DNA of 64,000 bases from Eremomyces bilateralis CBS 781.70 (GCA_010015585.1 ML975181.1); one strand, 5' to 3'; positions 12,490-25,826 are shown, counted from the stretch's first letter. Numbers and translations are program-made. The notes: generated from the letters alone by a model not told the origin.

Positions 12490-13305
12490 ATGGATTCCGA
12501 ACCAGATTCAGTACTGGTCACATCAACCACTGACGGCATCACGACTATCACAATCAACAGGCCCCATAACCGGAATGCAGTCAACCCCTCCGCAGGCCAA
12601 AAGCTCTACGACGCCTTCATCGCCTTCGAAGACGACGCCTCCCAAAAAGTGTGCATCCTCACCGGCAGCGAAGGCGCCTTTTGCGCCGGCGCCGATCTCA
12701 AAGAGGTTGCGGCATCGAAGAGCTCCCCGAATGGATCGTCGCATCTGCAACCTGTGGAAGGACGCAATCGAGGGCCAATGGGCCCGTCGAGGTTACAGGT
12801 CAAGAAACCCGTCATCAGCGCTGTCGCGGGATACGCGGTCGCTGGTGGCTTGGAATTGAGCCTGATTGCCGACATGCGCGTGGTCGAGGAAGACGCGGTG
12901 TTGGGGGTCTTCTGCAGGCGGTGGGGCGTTCCGCTGATCGATGGGGGAACTGTCCGGCTTCAAGCGGTCATCGGGCTAGGCAGAGCGCTTGACATGATTC
13001 TGACGGGACGTCCTGTTGGTGCTCAAGAGGCGTTGAGTATGGGACTGGCGAACCGCGTCGTTCCGAAAGGGAAGGCTCTTGAAGAGGCCACAGCCATTGC
13101 CAAGCAGCTACTGGCTTTCCCAGAGATGTGTATGAATCTTGACCGGAATTCTTGCTATTACAGCGCCTACAACGCGACCTCGTTCGAGGACGGGTTGAGG
13201 GAGGAATACGAGAAGGGCATCGATGCGATTGAGGCAGAAAGTATAAAGGGGGCAGCACGATTTAGTGCGGGGGCAGGACGGCATGGAAACTTTACGAAGC
13301 TTTAA
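12490..13305 (+). CDS. Enoyl-CoA hydratase/isomerase (crotonase family)
   Basis: ITINRPHNRNAV, AFCAGADLKE, KPVISAVAGYAVAGGLELSL and GVPLIDGGTVRL. Intronless; C-terminus -TKL. Confidence 0.93.
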   Translation: MDSEPDSVLVTSTTDGITTITINRPHNRNAVNPSAGQKLYDAFIAFEDDASQKVCILTGSEGAFCAGADLKEVAASKSSPNGSSHLQPVEGRNRGPMGPSRLQVKKPVISAVAGYAVAGGLELSLIADMRVVEEDAVLGVFCRRWGVPLIDGGTVRLQAVIGLGRALDMILTGRPVGAQEALSMGLANRVVPKGKALEEATAIAKQLLAFPEMCMNLDRNSCYYSAYNATSFEDGLREEYEKGIDAIEAESIKGAARFSAGAGRHGNFTKL

Positions 13306-13870
13306 CGCATATACATTCTAAAATTACGGTACATACAATGTTGGATTCGAAGTACATAAGCAGCTTGAGTCCCTTCGACATAGTGTAGGTCTCCATTCCT
13401 CTTGTAGATTCGTGTTATTCCCTCATACCAAGCGATTGACAACCGCACTTGTCACCATTTCTTTTGCACGGTCATTTGAGTGTGGAAACCCAGCGCCAGG
13501 CCCCCAATCATTCGTACCCTCCTCGGTTAGGTGGAACTGGCAGGAGATTGGCTGCCATATAAATCGAGATCTTTGAGTGATATGCGGCGGTTGACTCTCT
13601 GGAGAAGTGGCGGATGAAGGAACGTCACATCGGAGCTTAGTCGTTGAGGAGCGTGATACCGCGTAGGTCTAAGGAGTGTCATGTGGGCGGGATTTGAAGC
13701 CAATTGCAGGAAGCAACCGTTCGAACGAGACACATTGAAGGTGGAGATCCGTCGCACCCTAGATATCATCTCTTCCATATGGCGCGGGCTCACCTTCATG
13801 AACCGCAGCGGTCCCTTCAAAAACGCCCGGACTCCAAGCAATGCCCTGAAAATGTACAGTAAAACCCCGC

Positions 13871-14274
13871 TCAAGCAACCACTAGCCCGTACACGAGCGT
13901 CCATGTTAATACAAATCCCATCAAACCCCCCATCAAGTCACCCAACCACAATCCCGTCCAAATGTTATAGAAGTACTTGTCTGCGCCGCCTTTTGGACCC
14001 TCCGCACGCAACACAAATATGAGCGTCGAGACGATCAACGACCCGACGAGGTAGAAAAGGAAGCCGGCGTATGAAGAGAGGCCTAATGCGCCGGCGCCGA
14101 CGCCGAAGAGGGAGGATGTCAGCGCGCGGATGTTGTCGATTGTCTGGGGCTAGTTGAGCGGATATTCCGTGAGGGTTAGGAGGGTAGCGCTGATGGCTCT
14201 TGGCTTACTTTGGTGTTGTGCTGCATGCTATCTTGCACGATCGGGTGGATCTGAAGTTCGCGTTCGTCGATCAT
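13871..14274 (-). CDS. EMC6: ER membrane protein complex subunit 6 (2 exons, 112 aa)
   Basis: Exon 1 14274-14209 (MIDERELQIHPIVQDSMQHNTK); GTAAGC..CCCCAG intron 14208-14144; exon 2 14143-13871 (TIDNIRALTSSLFGVGAGALGLSSYAGFLFY...GFVLTWTLVYGLVVA*). Matches the EMC6/Rab5ip pattern. Not in the ORF track. Confidence 0.9.
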
Positions 14275-14974
14275 GGCGGCGGTCTGGTGAAGGAGGAAGC
14301 TTTCTGTGGGGGTTGTGGAGGTCGCTGTGGTGTAATGAATGACACCTTGGTATAACTTTATGCGTTAGAGGACCAATGAAGATGGTAGAGCCGTGTATGC
14401 GGCAGATCCTTAAAGTTTGATATGGATTCACAGTGTCAGTGTCGATGGCTGTTGAGTGAAGCTCAAAGATGTCGTACGCAGAGGTATCGCTGGCCGTCGT
14501 CTGATTGGTTGGCTAACCTTGAGATGCTCATCCTGCAATCGCTTGCATAACTGCAACAAAACACCTGTATTATCAACCGTACCGTTATTGATCAGATATA
14601 TTTATCGATTAATGAAGACTAAAGAGCCCATCCAGAGTATGATCTTAAGCTTAATTATTAGATTGTTCTCTTTAGACTACTTATACTCGTAACACGCGGG
14701 CATTTGACTATCCCAGCCGAACCATCCAATTTATAACACGGCTGCAGAGAACCCGGGAGAATCCATTTTCAGAATCGAATATTACAGTAGATTATTTACT
14801 CGTATCATTTAAACGGCGCTGAGGTGCAAAGGGGGTATATAAGGTATCGTAAAGGGGTTCCTGACCATGCTGGCTCGACAGCACCGATCTCCTCCAAGTC
14901 AGAACACCACCTATGCATGAACCGAACGAAATCTGACACTTCGGGGGAGAGGCGATGGGAATCCTCCACTAACT

Positions 14975-17516
14975 TTAAAGGACGTCTTCAAACGGACAAT
15001 CCGTCACGTCGTGCCCATCTCGCTCACACAGCGCGCACCACTTCATCGGATCCGCCGCGTCGGCGTTCTTGCCCTTCACAAGGCTGCTGTCGTACGGGTT
15101 CGGCATCGAGACCTCTCTCTCCGACTTCTCCATCTCTGGCGCCGGTGCAGCGGCTCTCGGCGCGCTACCAGACGACCGGAGAGCGGACGCCGTCTTCCAG
15201 CTCTGCAACGGCGCAGGCGTCATATCCACTGGGCTCGCATCCCTAGGGCGGGTGTTGGCCACCGGCGTTTGGCTCGCGCCGGCGCTGGCCGACCCCGTGG
15301 TCCCCAATGCGGCGGAGCAGTTGAGGATGTCGTGCCCGGCCGACTCGCAGATCTCGCACCACGTGCCCGCGTCGCCGGCGGCGCTGGTGTTCTCCGACTG
15401 GTCGATGCTGGCGGCGTCGGATTCAGGCATCGGCTCGAGGGGTTTGCTAGCGGGTTCTTGGCCGCGCGGGGTGTTGGGGTTCGAGTTCGCGCGGTCGCGG
15501 AAGGTCAGGCTGGCGGAGCGGCCGCGCCAGGAGGTGGTACCGCGGGAGTCGCGGTCTTTGCTGGCGGAGGTATCATGCACGACGGTGTTGGCGCTGGTGA
15601 TGGAATCGCGAGACGCAAACGCATTGCTGTTGCGAGGCGTACTGCTACCCGCTCCGGTGCTGCCCACGCTACCGGAACCGTATTTCCGGTGGCGCTCCAG
15701 CTCCCGTTCCAGCTCTTCTTCGCGGGTGGCCTTGCGCTCCACGAGGCCTTGGAGCTCGCCTCTCTCGCGCTCGAGGTGTTCGACGGTTTTTTTCATCTGC
15801 TCGAATTCGCCCGGGTCAATGCCGCTCACTCCGTTTGCGCGACTGTGCTTGTCTGCTTGAGGAGACGTCGCAAAATCGCCACCGCTGCTCAGAGAGTGGA
15901 TGATTGCTTTCAGACCGCGGATCTCGTCGTCTCGTTGTTCGATTTCCCTGCTGTCTCTGTTCCCTCTGCCGTCGACCGCACCACCACTGGCAGCTTTCAG
16001 AGCTTTCGCGGCTTTCTCCCGTTCTCGCTTCAACTCGCTTCGTCCACGCTCGACTTCACCTCTCAAGAACTCCACCTCGCCTCTCGCTTCAGCTTCTCCC
16101 CGTCGCGCATCCTCTAGCCCTTCCTCCAGTTCGGCAACGAGCTCTTCCAGCTGCTTTAACTGCATCGCGACGGTCGCCAGGTCTTCGTCTCCCGGCGGAG
16201 TTGGATTGCTTGCCTTCTGCATTTGAATAGCATGAAGCTCATGCGCGAGTTCCTCCACCTTCTTCTCGTAAACGCGCTCGGTCTCGGTACTAGCCATTTC
16301 CAGGGTGTCGATGGTGGATCGGAAGTCGGCGCGATGGGCGTCAAATTCGGCAGTGAGCATGCTGATCTTCTCATTCTTCTCCCTCAGCATAACTCGGAGC
16401 TGCGCGACGTCGGTACCCTCCCCGTGCGGGAGGTCTGTTGTCCCGCCAGCTTCTGGTATCAAGGTCTGTAGCTCGATCATAGTCGCCTCCATATCCGCTA
16501 AACTCGCCGCCTGCTCTTTCAATTGGAAATCTCGCTCTTCAAGCTTCTTCTTTAGACGTCCCACTTCCTCAGTATTAGCGCGAGCAGCCTTAACAGCAGT
16601 GGGCGTCGTCTCCGCATCTTCGTCGATGGCACCGTATTGGCCCAATCGCGAGTTATTGCGCGAGTACGGCCTCGGCGGGCCCGGTGTCCTCGCTTTCGGA
16701 GTCACCGCCCGCGACCCCGGCGATGCCGTCGGTCGAGGTTGTCCGATTTGCGACCGGGAAAGATTGGATCCTCCGAGAGACGGCGCGCGGCTAGAAGGGG
16801 GGTGCAGCGCAGGCGTCTTGCGCAAAGGAGACTCGGGGCGAGGAAGCGACGGACGGTTCTTAGGCTTGAATTGCGGTGAGGGAGCTCGTACGCCGGGTCC
16901 GACGGACTGGGAGAACTTCGGGACGGACGGCGTTGGTGGCGAACGGCTGTGTGTATTGTTCGCGGTGCCGTTGCTTCCAAGGTTGAAGCTACCGAAGGAG
17001 GGAGTGGTCGGAGTTGGTGGAAAGGCATCGGATGGAAGCGAAGTGCGCTTCGTCGCGCGGTGGACGGGGAGAAATATCCCGGCGTTTGAGACGGAGGTTT
17101 GAAAGTAGCGGATCCTGTTGAAGTCAAGACGATGAGTTTTGATCCTGTCACTCCATGGAATTCTTAGAGTTGTCCACGTACCCTTCTACATCACCATCAT
17201 TCTTTCCTCTTGAAGCGTATTCTTTGCTCAATTCCACACCTGCGAAAGTGCCCTGCTTCCCCTTGACGGAACCGATGAACCTGACCGTCCCATGCATTCC
17301 ACCAGGGACATCCACCGTGTCTCCCACATCGATATCGCCATTCGAGCCAGGGGTAGTCGGATGACCCACGAGGGCATTGAGGGACGCTTTCCGAGCCATC
17401 GTGGTGCTTGCGGCGAGATTCAAGTTAGGGCTCGATGTTGTGTTTATGTTGTTCAGATGGTGCGACCCGACAGATGGACGCACCCCGTTGAGGCGCCGAG
17501 GCGTTTGATATGTCAT
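14975..17516 (-). CDS. CLIP-170/Tip1/Bik1-like microtubule plus-end protein (CAP-Gly, coiled coil, two CCHC zinc knuckles)
   Basis: CAP-Gly GTVRFIGSVKGKQGTFAGVEL...GKNDGDVEG in exon 1; intron 17181-17115 joins in frame to the 616-aa ORF; long coiled coil; WCEICESAGHDILNC and WCALCERDGHDVTDC. Confidence 0.9.
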
Positions 17517-18105
17517 GATCGATCTCCTCCAGAAGGAGGGATATTAATAAATATTGGCGGTGCCCGGGTGGCACAAGGACAGGATCCTCCCAGAAAAAGC
17601 GATTAACAGGCGGGCAGCAATCAACAATGACTCGCAAAGGGTCTCGGCTGCGCGTAGCCGCACCCGCGGATTATTGTGAAGGGGGGGGCACTCAGGCTGT
17701 CGCGATCGCCGGCTCGTTGTTTGAAACCAAGACTCGAGATTGAGCAACCTGGAAAATATTTTGTTGATTTGACGCTGGAGGGGTGTTTGTTGTTTGAGAG
17801 TCCGAACAGGGGCGTGGAGTTGTTGGCGACAACGCTTGGAAGTTGCGGGAATCCCGGACCCTGGTGACGCCTTTGGACTTTCAGGGGTTGACACCAACCC
17901 TGAATGGGATTGTGGAGTTAGGGAGGACTATCAAAACAAACGTCGGCGAGGCTATTGACGGAGAACGAGGACATCATACCCTCGAAAAACAAATGTGCTC
18001 CTATTGATTTAATGCAATGAGTGGAATTGACGGTCGGTTCATTGATTTTAAGCGATACACCACGAACCCACGTTTTGAAAAGTACATTGGATATTAGCGC
18101 TTTTA

Positions 18106-19503
18106 TCACGGCTTTCGAAATGCCGCCTCTCTTGGTAATCGAAAACTGCAACAAAACATCCTCTTCTTCGGCGCCACATCTCTGACATCAAAGACCTCTG
18201 TCTCTGGGTCGTCGAGAGTCACTGGAGCGCCGATCAACTCGCTCGCGTCACGGCAAATTCTTTCAAATTCCGGTGTATTGTCATCTCCCTTGAGCCCAAA
18301 AGTATACACATGCACCATGGGCATGGGAATCTCCTGTCCGGCAAATTCAGGTCCCGCGTAAATGCCGATGAAAGAAGGCAGGAATGTAATGGCTGACGCC
18401 GGAAGGTTCATGACGAAGTGGGAGAAGAACTTGGGTTGCTTAATGACCACCGATTGTTCGCCGACATCCGCTCCTTTAGGTCCATCGGCGTTTAAGGTCT
18501 TCCTTTTCGAAGGCCCCTTGACGACCTTCTTGACCCCGTGATCGGTAGACAATAGTTCTACGGCTGCTCGTTTGATGAACTTTCCTCCGTCTTCATTGAA
18601 TGGTCGCACGTAATTTGCCACCTTGTTTCTCGTAATCGCATCGTCGAGCCACTTGTAGCTGTCAGGGTTCAAATCGTTGGCCCAGACGAAGATACCTTTC
18701 TTTCCCGCCGGGACCGCAAATGGACCGACTCCAGCCATAACATCGCAGACTGCCTCGCCGGGTTTGAAGTTGTTGACCATTCGGTGATGCTCGGTGTTCA
18801 GTCTGCTGTTCCAGTAGACTTTGGCGTAGTCGAATCGGAACAGGCAGTTCTCTTCGCTGACTTCGACCATCAGGTCGTCCGGTCCGGCAAGTACCTCGTA
18901 TTGGAACGTTCGGTATTCGCTCTCCTCTCCGACGTTGTCGACTTTATTGATGACCGTTCGGACTGAGGTGTTCTTGTCCATCAATACCTGTGCAATAAGA
19001 TGCTTGTGTGGTAAATATTGCTCTCTGAGGTTCAAGTGAGCAACGTGCCCGACGTTTGTGAATCCAGTAGGCAGCTCTCCTTCTGCAGCCTCCTCCGGTA
19101 AGATGGCTTCCATAATTTCCTGGTAAGTCCAGTCGTTATAGCCGATCTCCAGCTCGTATGGTATTACACCTATATTTTGCTGCGATACCATCTCAGAAAC
19201 CGTCGGCCCCCAGCTGCCTTGGTCATTGTGTTTTAAGGAAGGCCTGAGGAGGTAGCATTTCCGTCCGGATGCAGCCAACGATGGATCCGGATCTTTTCGG
19301 ATCGTCGTAATACGAGGTAGGAAGAGTCCGTCACCACTCTTCGTCAGCGTATTCCGGACAGCGGAAATGTTTTGGCTGTTGAAAATTCGAGCGGCGGAGA
19401 GGGGAATACGGCGATTGAAAAACGACCGATCCAGGACCCGCATGGAGCGGTTCACAGGTGGCCGCAGCATTTCCTCTGTCTGAAGTTCTGGAGGATTCAT
19501 CAT
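18106..19503 (-). CDS. TRM5: tRNA (guanine37-N1)-methyltransferase
   Basis: GHVAHLNLR, FRFDYAKVYWNSRLNTEH, DVMAGVGPFAVPA, WANDLNP, HFVMNLP and VRDVAPKKRMFC. First ATG at 19503. Confidence 0.95.
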   Translation of the reverse strand: MMNPPELQTEEMLRPPVNRSMRVLDRSFFNRRIPLSAARIFNSQNISAVRNTLTKSGDGLFLPRITTIRKDPDPSLAASGRKCYLLRPSLKHNDQGSWGPTVSEMVSQQNIGVIPYELEIGYNDWTYQEIMEAILPEEAAEGELPTGFTNVGHVAHLNLREQYLPHKHLIAQVLMDKNTSVRTVINKVDNVGEESEYRTFQYEVLAGPDDLMVEVSEENCLFRFDYAKVYWNSRLNTEHHRMVNNFKPGEAVCDVMAGVGPFAVPAGKKGIFVWANDLNPDSYKWLDDAITRNKVANYVRPFNEDGGKFIKRAAVELLSTDHGVKKVVKGPSKRKTLNADGPKGADVGEQSVVIKQPKFFSHFVMNLPASAITFLPSFIGIYAGPEFAGQEIPMPMVHVYTFGLKGDDNTPEFERICRDASELIGAPVTLDDPETEVFDVRDVAPKKRMFCCSFRLPREAAFRKP

Positions 19504-20236
19504 AGCATTGTGATGACCAGTTATTAATCCTTGGTAGTGGCAATCCTGGATGGCATGTGCTCTGTTCAAGAGACTTGTTTTGGAGTGTCGTGTGCCTGTT
19601 TAGCCCAAGGGAAACGATCAGTTAGGTTTCAATTCCAAGCTCTTGTGGTTATCTTTTCAAGTCCCTTCCTAAATGATCGATAGCACTATTATAGATGGGA
19701 TTAGACAAAATTAGCTGGGGAACATAAGCATTGTCTAGTTTGTCCTGTCGCACACTTTGATGCCAAGCCGAAATGTTGCAGGTCGAGTCCCGCTCCGCTG
19801 CCCGCTGCCGCCCATCCGCGGCGGAAGGCCAACAGGCAACAAGGAATTCATGCCGGCACCCTCGTCATCCAACCACGGTACCTACATCCCAGACGAGGAT
19901 CCGAGATTGGATTAATTATTGACAGAACAACTTGTCGCGTCGCATCCCCTAGTCCACGATTTTCGCATCTTTAATCCCTTCTAACCGCGTCGTCTCGTTC
20001 TCCGGCGCATATTCACTCGTTCCAGAGGATGTTTAGGCAATGAGGAGCCGCTTTCCACCATTAAACCGCGCGACTCCGCCGAATATCAAGTTCAATAGGA
20101 GTCCTGTCCTGCTCTGGGACTCAACGATATAGCAACCGGGCCGTCGCTGTTGCCTAAGGGGAGCGTCGGCCTGGGCTGAAATCCAGAAGCGACGATACAC
20201 TACCGTGACTGCTCTATACGACATACTTAACCCGAT

Positions 20237-23200
20237 ATGGCGTCCGCTGGAGGAAACATTAAGGTCGTGGTTCGGGTGCGCCCGTTCAACAATCGAGGTA
20301 TGTTACACTGCCTGTTTAAGGGGTCATTACATTCACGGGGCTTGCGCTGACTGTCACAGAACTTGATCGCAAGGCCAAAAATGTCGTTCGAATGCAAGGC
20401 ACCCAGACGGTGCTCACGCCCCCATCATCGATCGATCCGAAGTCCAAAGCTGCCAAAGCCGCCCTTGACGGCGCAAAAACCTTCAAGTTCGACAAGTCCT
20501 ACTGGTCTTTCGATCGCAACGATCCGCATTATGCCGGCCAAGAGGATTTGTTCGATGATCTTGGAAAACCTCTGCTCGACAATGCCTTCCAGGGATATAA
20601 TAACTGTATCTTTGCTTACGGACAGACTGGCTCGGGAAAGAGTTATAGTATGATGGGGTATGGCGAGGATTCTGGTGTTATCCCAAAGATCTGTCGCGAA
20701 ATGTTCGAACGCATAGACGGGGTTCAGCAGGACAAGCACCTCAACTGCACCGTCGAGGTCTCATATCTGGAGATCTATAATGAACGAGTGAGAGATCTCC
20801 TCAATCCCGCCACCAAAGGAAATCTCCGAGTTCGTGAACATCCATCTACGGGACCATACGTCGAGGACCTTGCGAAGCTTGCAGTTCGGAGCTTTCAGGA
20901 GATCGAGAATCTGATGGACGAGGGGAACAAAGCCAGGACGGTCGCTGCAACGAACATGAACGAGACATCGAGTCGTTCCCACGCCGTATTCACTCTTACA
21001 CTGACCCAAAAACGCCACGATGCAGAGACGCGCATGGACACCGAGAAGGTCGCGAAGATCAGTTTGGTTGACTTGGCCGGATCCGAAAGAGCCAATTCCA
21101 CAGGCGCCACAGGTGCGCGTTTGAAAGAAGGCGCGGAAATCAATCGATCGCTGTCGACATTAGGCCGTGTTATTGCCGCTCTAGCAGATCTATCTAGCGG
21201 AAAGAAAGCCTCAAAAGGCTCGATGGTCCCGTATCGAGATTCGATCTTGACATGGTTGCTCAAAGACTCGTTAGGCGGTAACAGTTTGACGGCTATGATC
21301 GCTGCCATTTCGCCTGCAGATATCAATTTCGAGGAAACGCTGTCGACATTGCGATATGCAGACTCGGCCAAGCGGATCAAGAATCATGCCGTCGTCAACG
21401 AAGATCCGAACGCCCGCATGATTCGTGAATTGAAAGAAGAACTTGCTCAACTACGTTCGAAGCTCAGTGGAGGCGCGGTTGGTGGCGTAGCCGTGCCAGT
21501 AGAGGAGCAATATGCTCCGGACACGCCACTAGACAAGCAGTTTGTGAGTATTACTCAAGTCGATGGCTCCGTCAAGAAGGTATCCAAAGCGGAGATCGCC
21601 GAGCAATTGTCGCAATCCGAGAAGCTCTATACCGACCTCAATCAAACCTGGGAGGAGAAACTTCTGAAAACTGAGCACATTCACAAGGAGCGAGAAGCCG
21701 CTCTTGAAGAACTGGGGATCAGCATTGAGAAAGGATTCGTTGGGCTCAGTACTCCGAAGAAGATGCCACATCTTGTCAACTTGTCCGACGACCCTCTTCT
21801 TGCTGAGTGCCTGGTTTACAACCTTAAACCCGGTATGACAATTGTTGGCAATGTGGATATACCGCAATCAACAGCGGACATCCGCCTTCCGGGAAGCCAG
21901 ATATTGGCGGAGCACTGTACGTTTGATAATGTTGACGGCGCCGTGACAATCGTACCAAAGGAAGGAGCCGCCGTGATGGTTAATGGCCAGCGAATCGATG
22001 CTCCGAAACGACTGAGATCGGGCTATCGGATCATTCTCGGTGATTTTCACATCTTCCGCTTCAATCACCCCCAAGAGGCCCGCGCTGAACGGGCTGAACA
22101 AGGAAGCTCTCTCAGATACTCAATAACAGCTTCTCAACTGGGATCGCCTAGTCCTAACGGTCGATCCGGGCATGAGCGCAGCTACAGCAGCGTTAGCAAT
22201 CGCAACGGCGATGGCAGCGATTTTGGAACCGAAAGCCCGCGACCGGATAGCCCTTATATTTTCCCTGGCAGAGGCCGAGATTCGGACTGGAGCTTTGCCA
22301 GACGGGAGGCCGTCAGCGCCGTTCTGGGCAGCGATCAAAAGATTTCCGATTTGGCCGATGATGAATTAGACATCCTCTTTGAGGACCTTCAGCGAATGCG
22401 AGCAAACCGAAAAAAGAATGGAGCTGAGAACAGAGCGCAAATGGACGGTGAGGATGATCTGTCGTCGGACACAAGTTACCCTGTGCGAGAGAAATATGCT
22501 TCAACGGGTACAATCGACAATTTCTCCCTCGACACAGTCCTTACTATCCCATCGACTCCCCAAGCGCACGAAGAAGATGAAAGGTTGCGCTCGGTTCGAG
22601 AGGAGCTCCAGCAGCAGCTAGATAAGCAGAGAGAGGAGTACCAGGCTAAGCTCAAGAGCGCTGAAGAGGCAAACGTCGAGATTGAGGAAATCAAAGCCGA
22701 GAAAGCCAAGATGGAGGAGAGTTTGCAACACGCCAAAGAAGAAATGCAGGAAAAGTTGCGAGAAGAAAAGGCCGACCTCGAGAAACAGTGGCAAACCCAA
22801 AAGGAGGAATACGAGAGGCAGATCCAGGAACTAAAGAAGCCGGAGCCGTTATCGAACCCATATCGAGAGCCTATTTCAGATGCGATGCAGCACAGCATTG
22901 ATACAGCGAAGAAAGTCCTGGCAAGATGGCAGCAAAGAAGATATGTATCGATGGCCGAGACTGTCATGCAGAATGCGGCAACGCTGAAGGAGGCCCAAGT
23001 CATGAGTCAGATCTTGGATAAGAACGTCGTTTTCCAGTTCTGTATCGTGGATGTTGGGCATACCTTTGCCTCTAGTTATGATCTCGTGCTCAATGAGATC
23101 TCCACGGACGACGATGAAGACCTTGACTTAGCTACAAAGCCTTGTGTTGCAGTTAGGGTGCTCGATTTCAAGAACTGTGTCATACATATCTGGAGCCTAA

Positions 23201-25398
23201 CGAAACTCCGCAAACGTCTACGAGCTATGAGGCAATTGCGGCAATATGCGTCCGAAGAAGCGTATGCCGAGCATTTCCGCAAGGAGAACCCCTTCGAGGA
23301 AGCTTGCATGCCGGCGTACTCACGGATAGGTGACGTTGATGTTCCTCTGGCAGCGGTTTTTGAGGCGAAAGTACAAGACTTTTCTCTCGATGTCATTAGC
23401 CCCTATACCACGAACGTGATCGGGATCGTGCGTGTGAGCCTCGAACCGAGCTCGGCCGAAGCGCCGTCAAATATGCTGAAGTTCAATGTGGTCATGCACG
23501 ACCTGGTTGGCATTCCCGAACGCGAAGGGACGGAAGTTCATGCACAAATCTTCGTGCCGGGCATTTCCGACGAGGAGGGTGGCGCGACAACAACGCAGAT
23601 GATCAAAGACTTCGACGAAGGCCCGGTCCGTTTCGAAAGTGTGCACAGCATGAGCCTCCCACTGTCCAGCCCTCGATCGGCGTGTCTCCGTATCGCGATC
23701 TTCGCTCGAGTTACACCGATACACATGGATAAGTTGCTTAGCTGGGACGACATGCGTGACAGTGCGCCTCGACCGACGTCGAAGCGTCACAATTCGCGGC
23801 TACCCGAGTCCGAATTCTACAGTGAAGAAAAGCACGATGTATTTGCTCGGGCACAGATCCACGAGATCTCAGAGGACGGGACATACAAACCAGTAGAGGT
23901 GATACAGAGCACCGGGCAAGAGGGCGGGGCATTTCAACTACACCAAGGGTTACAGAGACGGATCGTTCTGAACCTAACGCATACCTCACGAGAGACTATG
24001 AAATGGAGAGATGTCAATGCCCTGCGCATAGGCAGGGTACGTCTGGTTGATCCCTCTGGAAAGGTATCCGATCCAGATTCCGAGTCTCCTCGTCGAGAAG
24101 TGCCCCTCAAGATTCTCCAACCTGCCACGATCAAAGAGAACGCCGACGGCACCTGCGATGTATGTGTGATTGGCCAATGGGACTCGAGTATGCATGGCTC
24201 CGTTCTTCTTGATCGCGCCACGGCCGAGAGGTATCGCGTACAAGTAACCTTTTTCTGGAACGTCACCAGCCGTCGACTCTATTCACCCATGCCGTTTTCC
24301 ATCAATCTTGCGCTTCAGATCCGCCCAAGGACCTACATCAGGCCTAGTGGTCTCCTGATGCAGCTATGGAGTGGAACCCGGGTTGTCCATTCAACCACAG
24401 GCTTGTTCGCAATCACCGTCCGCCCAACGAGCGCCAAAAGAGCCGGAGATCTTTGGCGGATGAACACCAAGGAGGAATATGTGAAAGGCGAGGAGTACCT
24501 CTCCGGATGGTGCCCGCGAGGGCCCTCTCTCATTCAAGATTATATCTCGCTTCGCAGACGAAGAGCACGACTGGCAGAGATAGAGGCCGTGAAGGGGCTT
24601 TTTTCGGCAAAGCAGCTGATGATCGCACCTATAAATGGGACTGGAGCGACAGCGAGAGCCGAACCAGATGAACCGCAGTTGACCGCACGTCAAGAGATCC
24701 TCCTGAAGAAGATACTCGGCTGGTGGACGGCGAGATCTGACCTCTCTGTTTCGCTCCTCAATCCTGCCAATCTCGAACCACCCCGCCAAGGTGCAGCATT
24801 CGCCTCAAGTGGACCAACGACTCCTTCAAAACCTCATAAATCATCTCCTTCCACCAACGGCAGATCGCCTTCCAATCCCACTCCCTCCCCCTCATCACCC
24901 ACTCTCCTCGCTACCGTCCGTCCAATACCGAAGAATCCACAATGCCTCAAATCCGGCCACCTCTTCGTCCCCTCCCCCGACGCCTTCCTCACTCTCACAT
25001 CCAGCGCCCCCTCCTCCCCCACATCCCACCAAAAGCGCTGGCTCCGCCGCTACGTCGAACTCCGCCGCCCCTACCTTCACCTCTACACCGCCCAAGACGG
25101 CGACGAGCTCTTCGCCATCGACCTTACCGCCTGCCGCATCGACCATGAGCCTTCCGTCGCCCGGCTCCTCTCCCGGCGCGCCGCCGCGGGGTCGGCCACG
25201 TCGACGCCCGTGCGCGGGCTGGCGGACGGGATGGAGATGGACAGCACGGTGCGCGCGTGCTTCGCGGTATATGCGCCGCAGAACACGTACGTGTTCGCAT
25301 GCGGGCGGGGAGAGCGGGAGAAGGTCGAGTGGATCCTAGCGCTCGATCGGGGGTATTTCTCGGGAAGTTCGAGTAGCGGCGCCGGAACGCCGGTCTGA
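20237..25398 (+). CDS. Kinesin-3 (Unc-104/KIF1A/UncA-type) with FHA and C-terminal PH domain
   Basis: Exon 1 MASAGGNIKVVVRVRPFNNR (20237-20297); intron 20298-20359; IFAYGQTGSGKSY, SSRSHAVF, LVDLAGSER, PHLVNLSDDPLLAECLVY (FHA) and a PH-like tail (WLRRYVELRRPYL...EWILAL). Confidence 0.96.
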
Positions 25399-25826
25399 TG
25401 TGACGCGTTGATGAGATTTCATGACGCTTTACTTTCTTTATAAATGATGGGGAGAAGGGACCCGTCCGTTCGTTTATCTTGTAAATACAAATTTCCGCTC
25501 TGGGATGGCATAAGTGACTGCTGTCAAATCCCTCTACTTGAGGGTTCCTCTGGCGTTCCGTGGTCTTGGCTAGACGAGACCGAACTGCCGCATCGCACCA
25601 TGGATTTCCTTTGTTAAACTTGATACCCTAGCGGACTTTCCAGGAGGCACAGATCGAATATAGAGAATACCATTCAAGTCATTTTGAGTCTTAAAACGTC
25701 GTCTTATGATAAACTAATTGCGTTTGTGGCCAATAAACCGCACAGGACTGACTGGACGGTCCAGCTTCGGCCGTCTCCAAACGTTCCGAGGCATATCGAA
25801 CTAGATCGTCCATACACGCGCGTCCT

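Noticed and set aside
15011..17102. Long + strand ORFs (368, 263 and 265 aa) overlapping the CLIP-170 gene
   Set aside because: Antisense shadows of a GC-rich coding region; no recognisable motifs.
14975..25398. CLIP-170 and kinesin-3 as a microtubule gene cluster
   Set aside because: Separated by TRM5; proximity of two cytoskeletal genes is plausible by chance.
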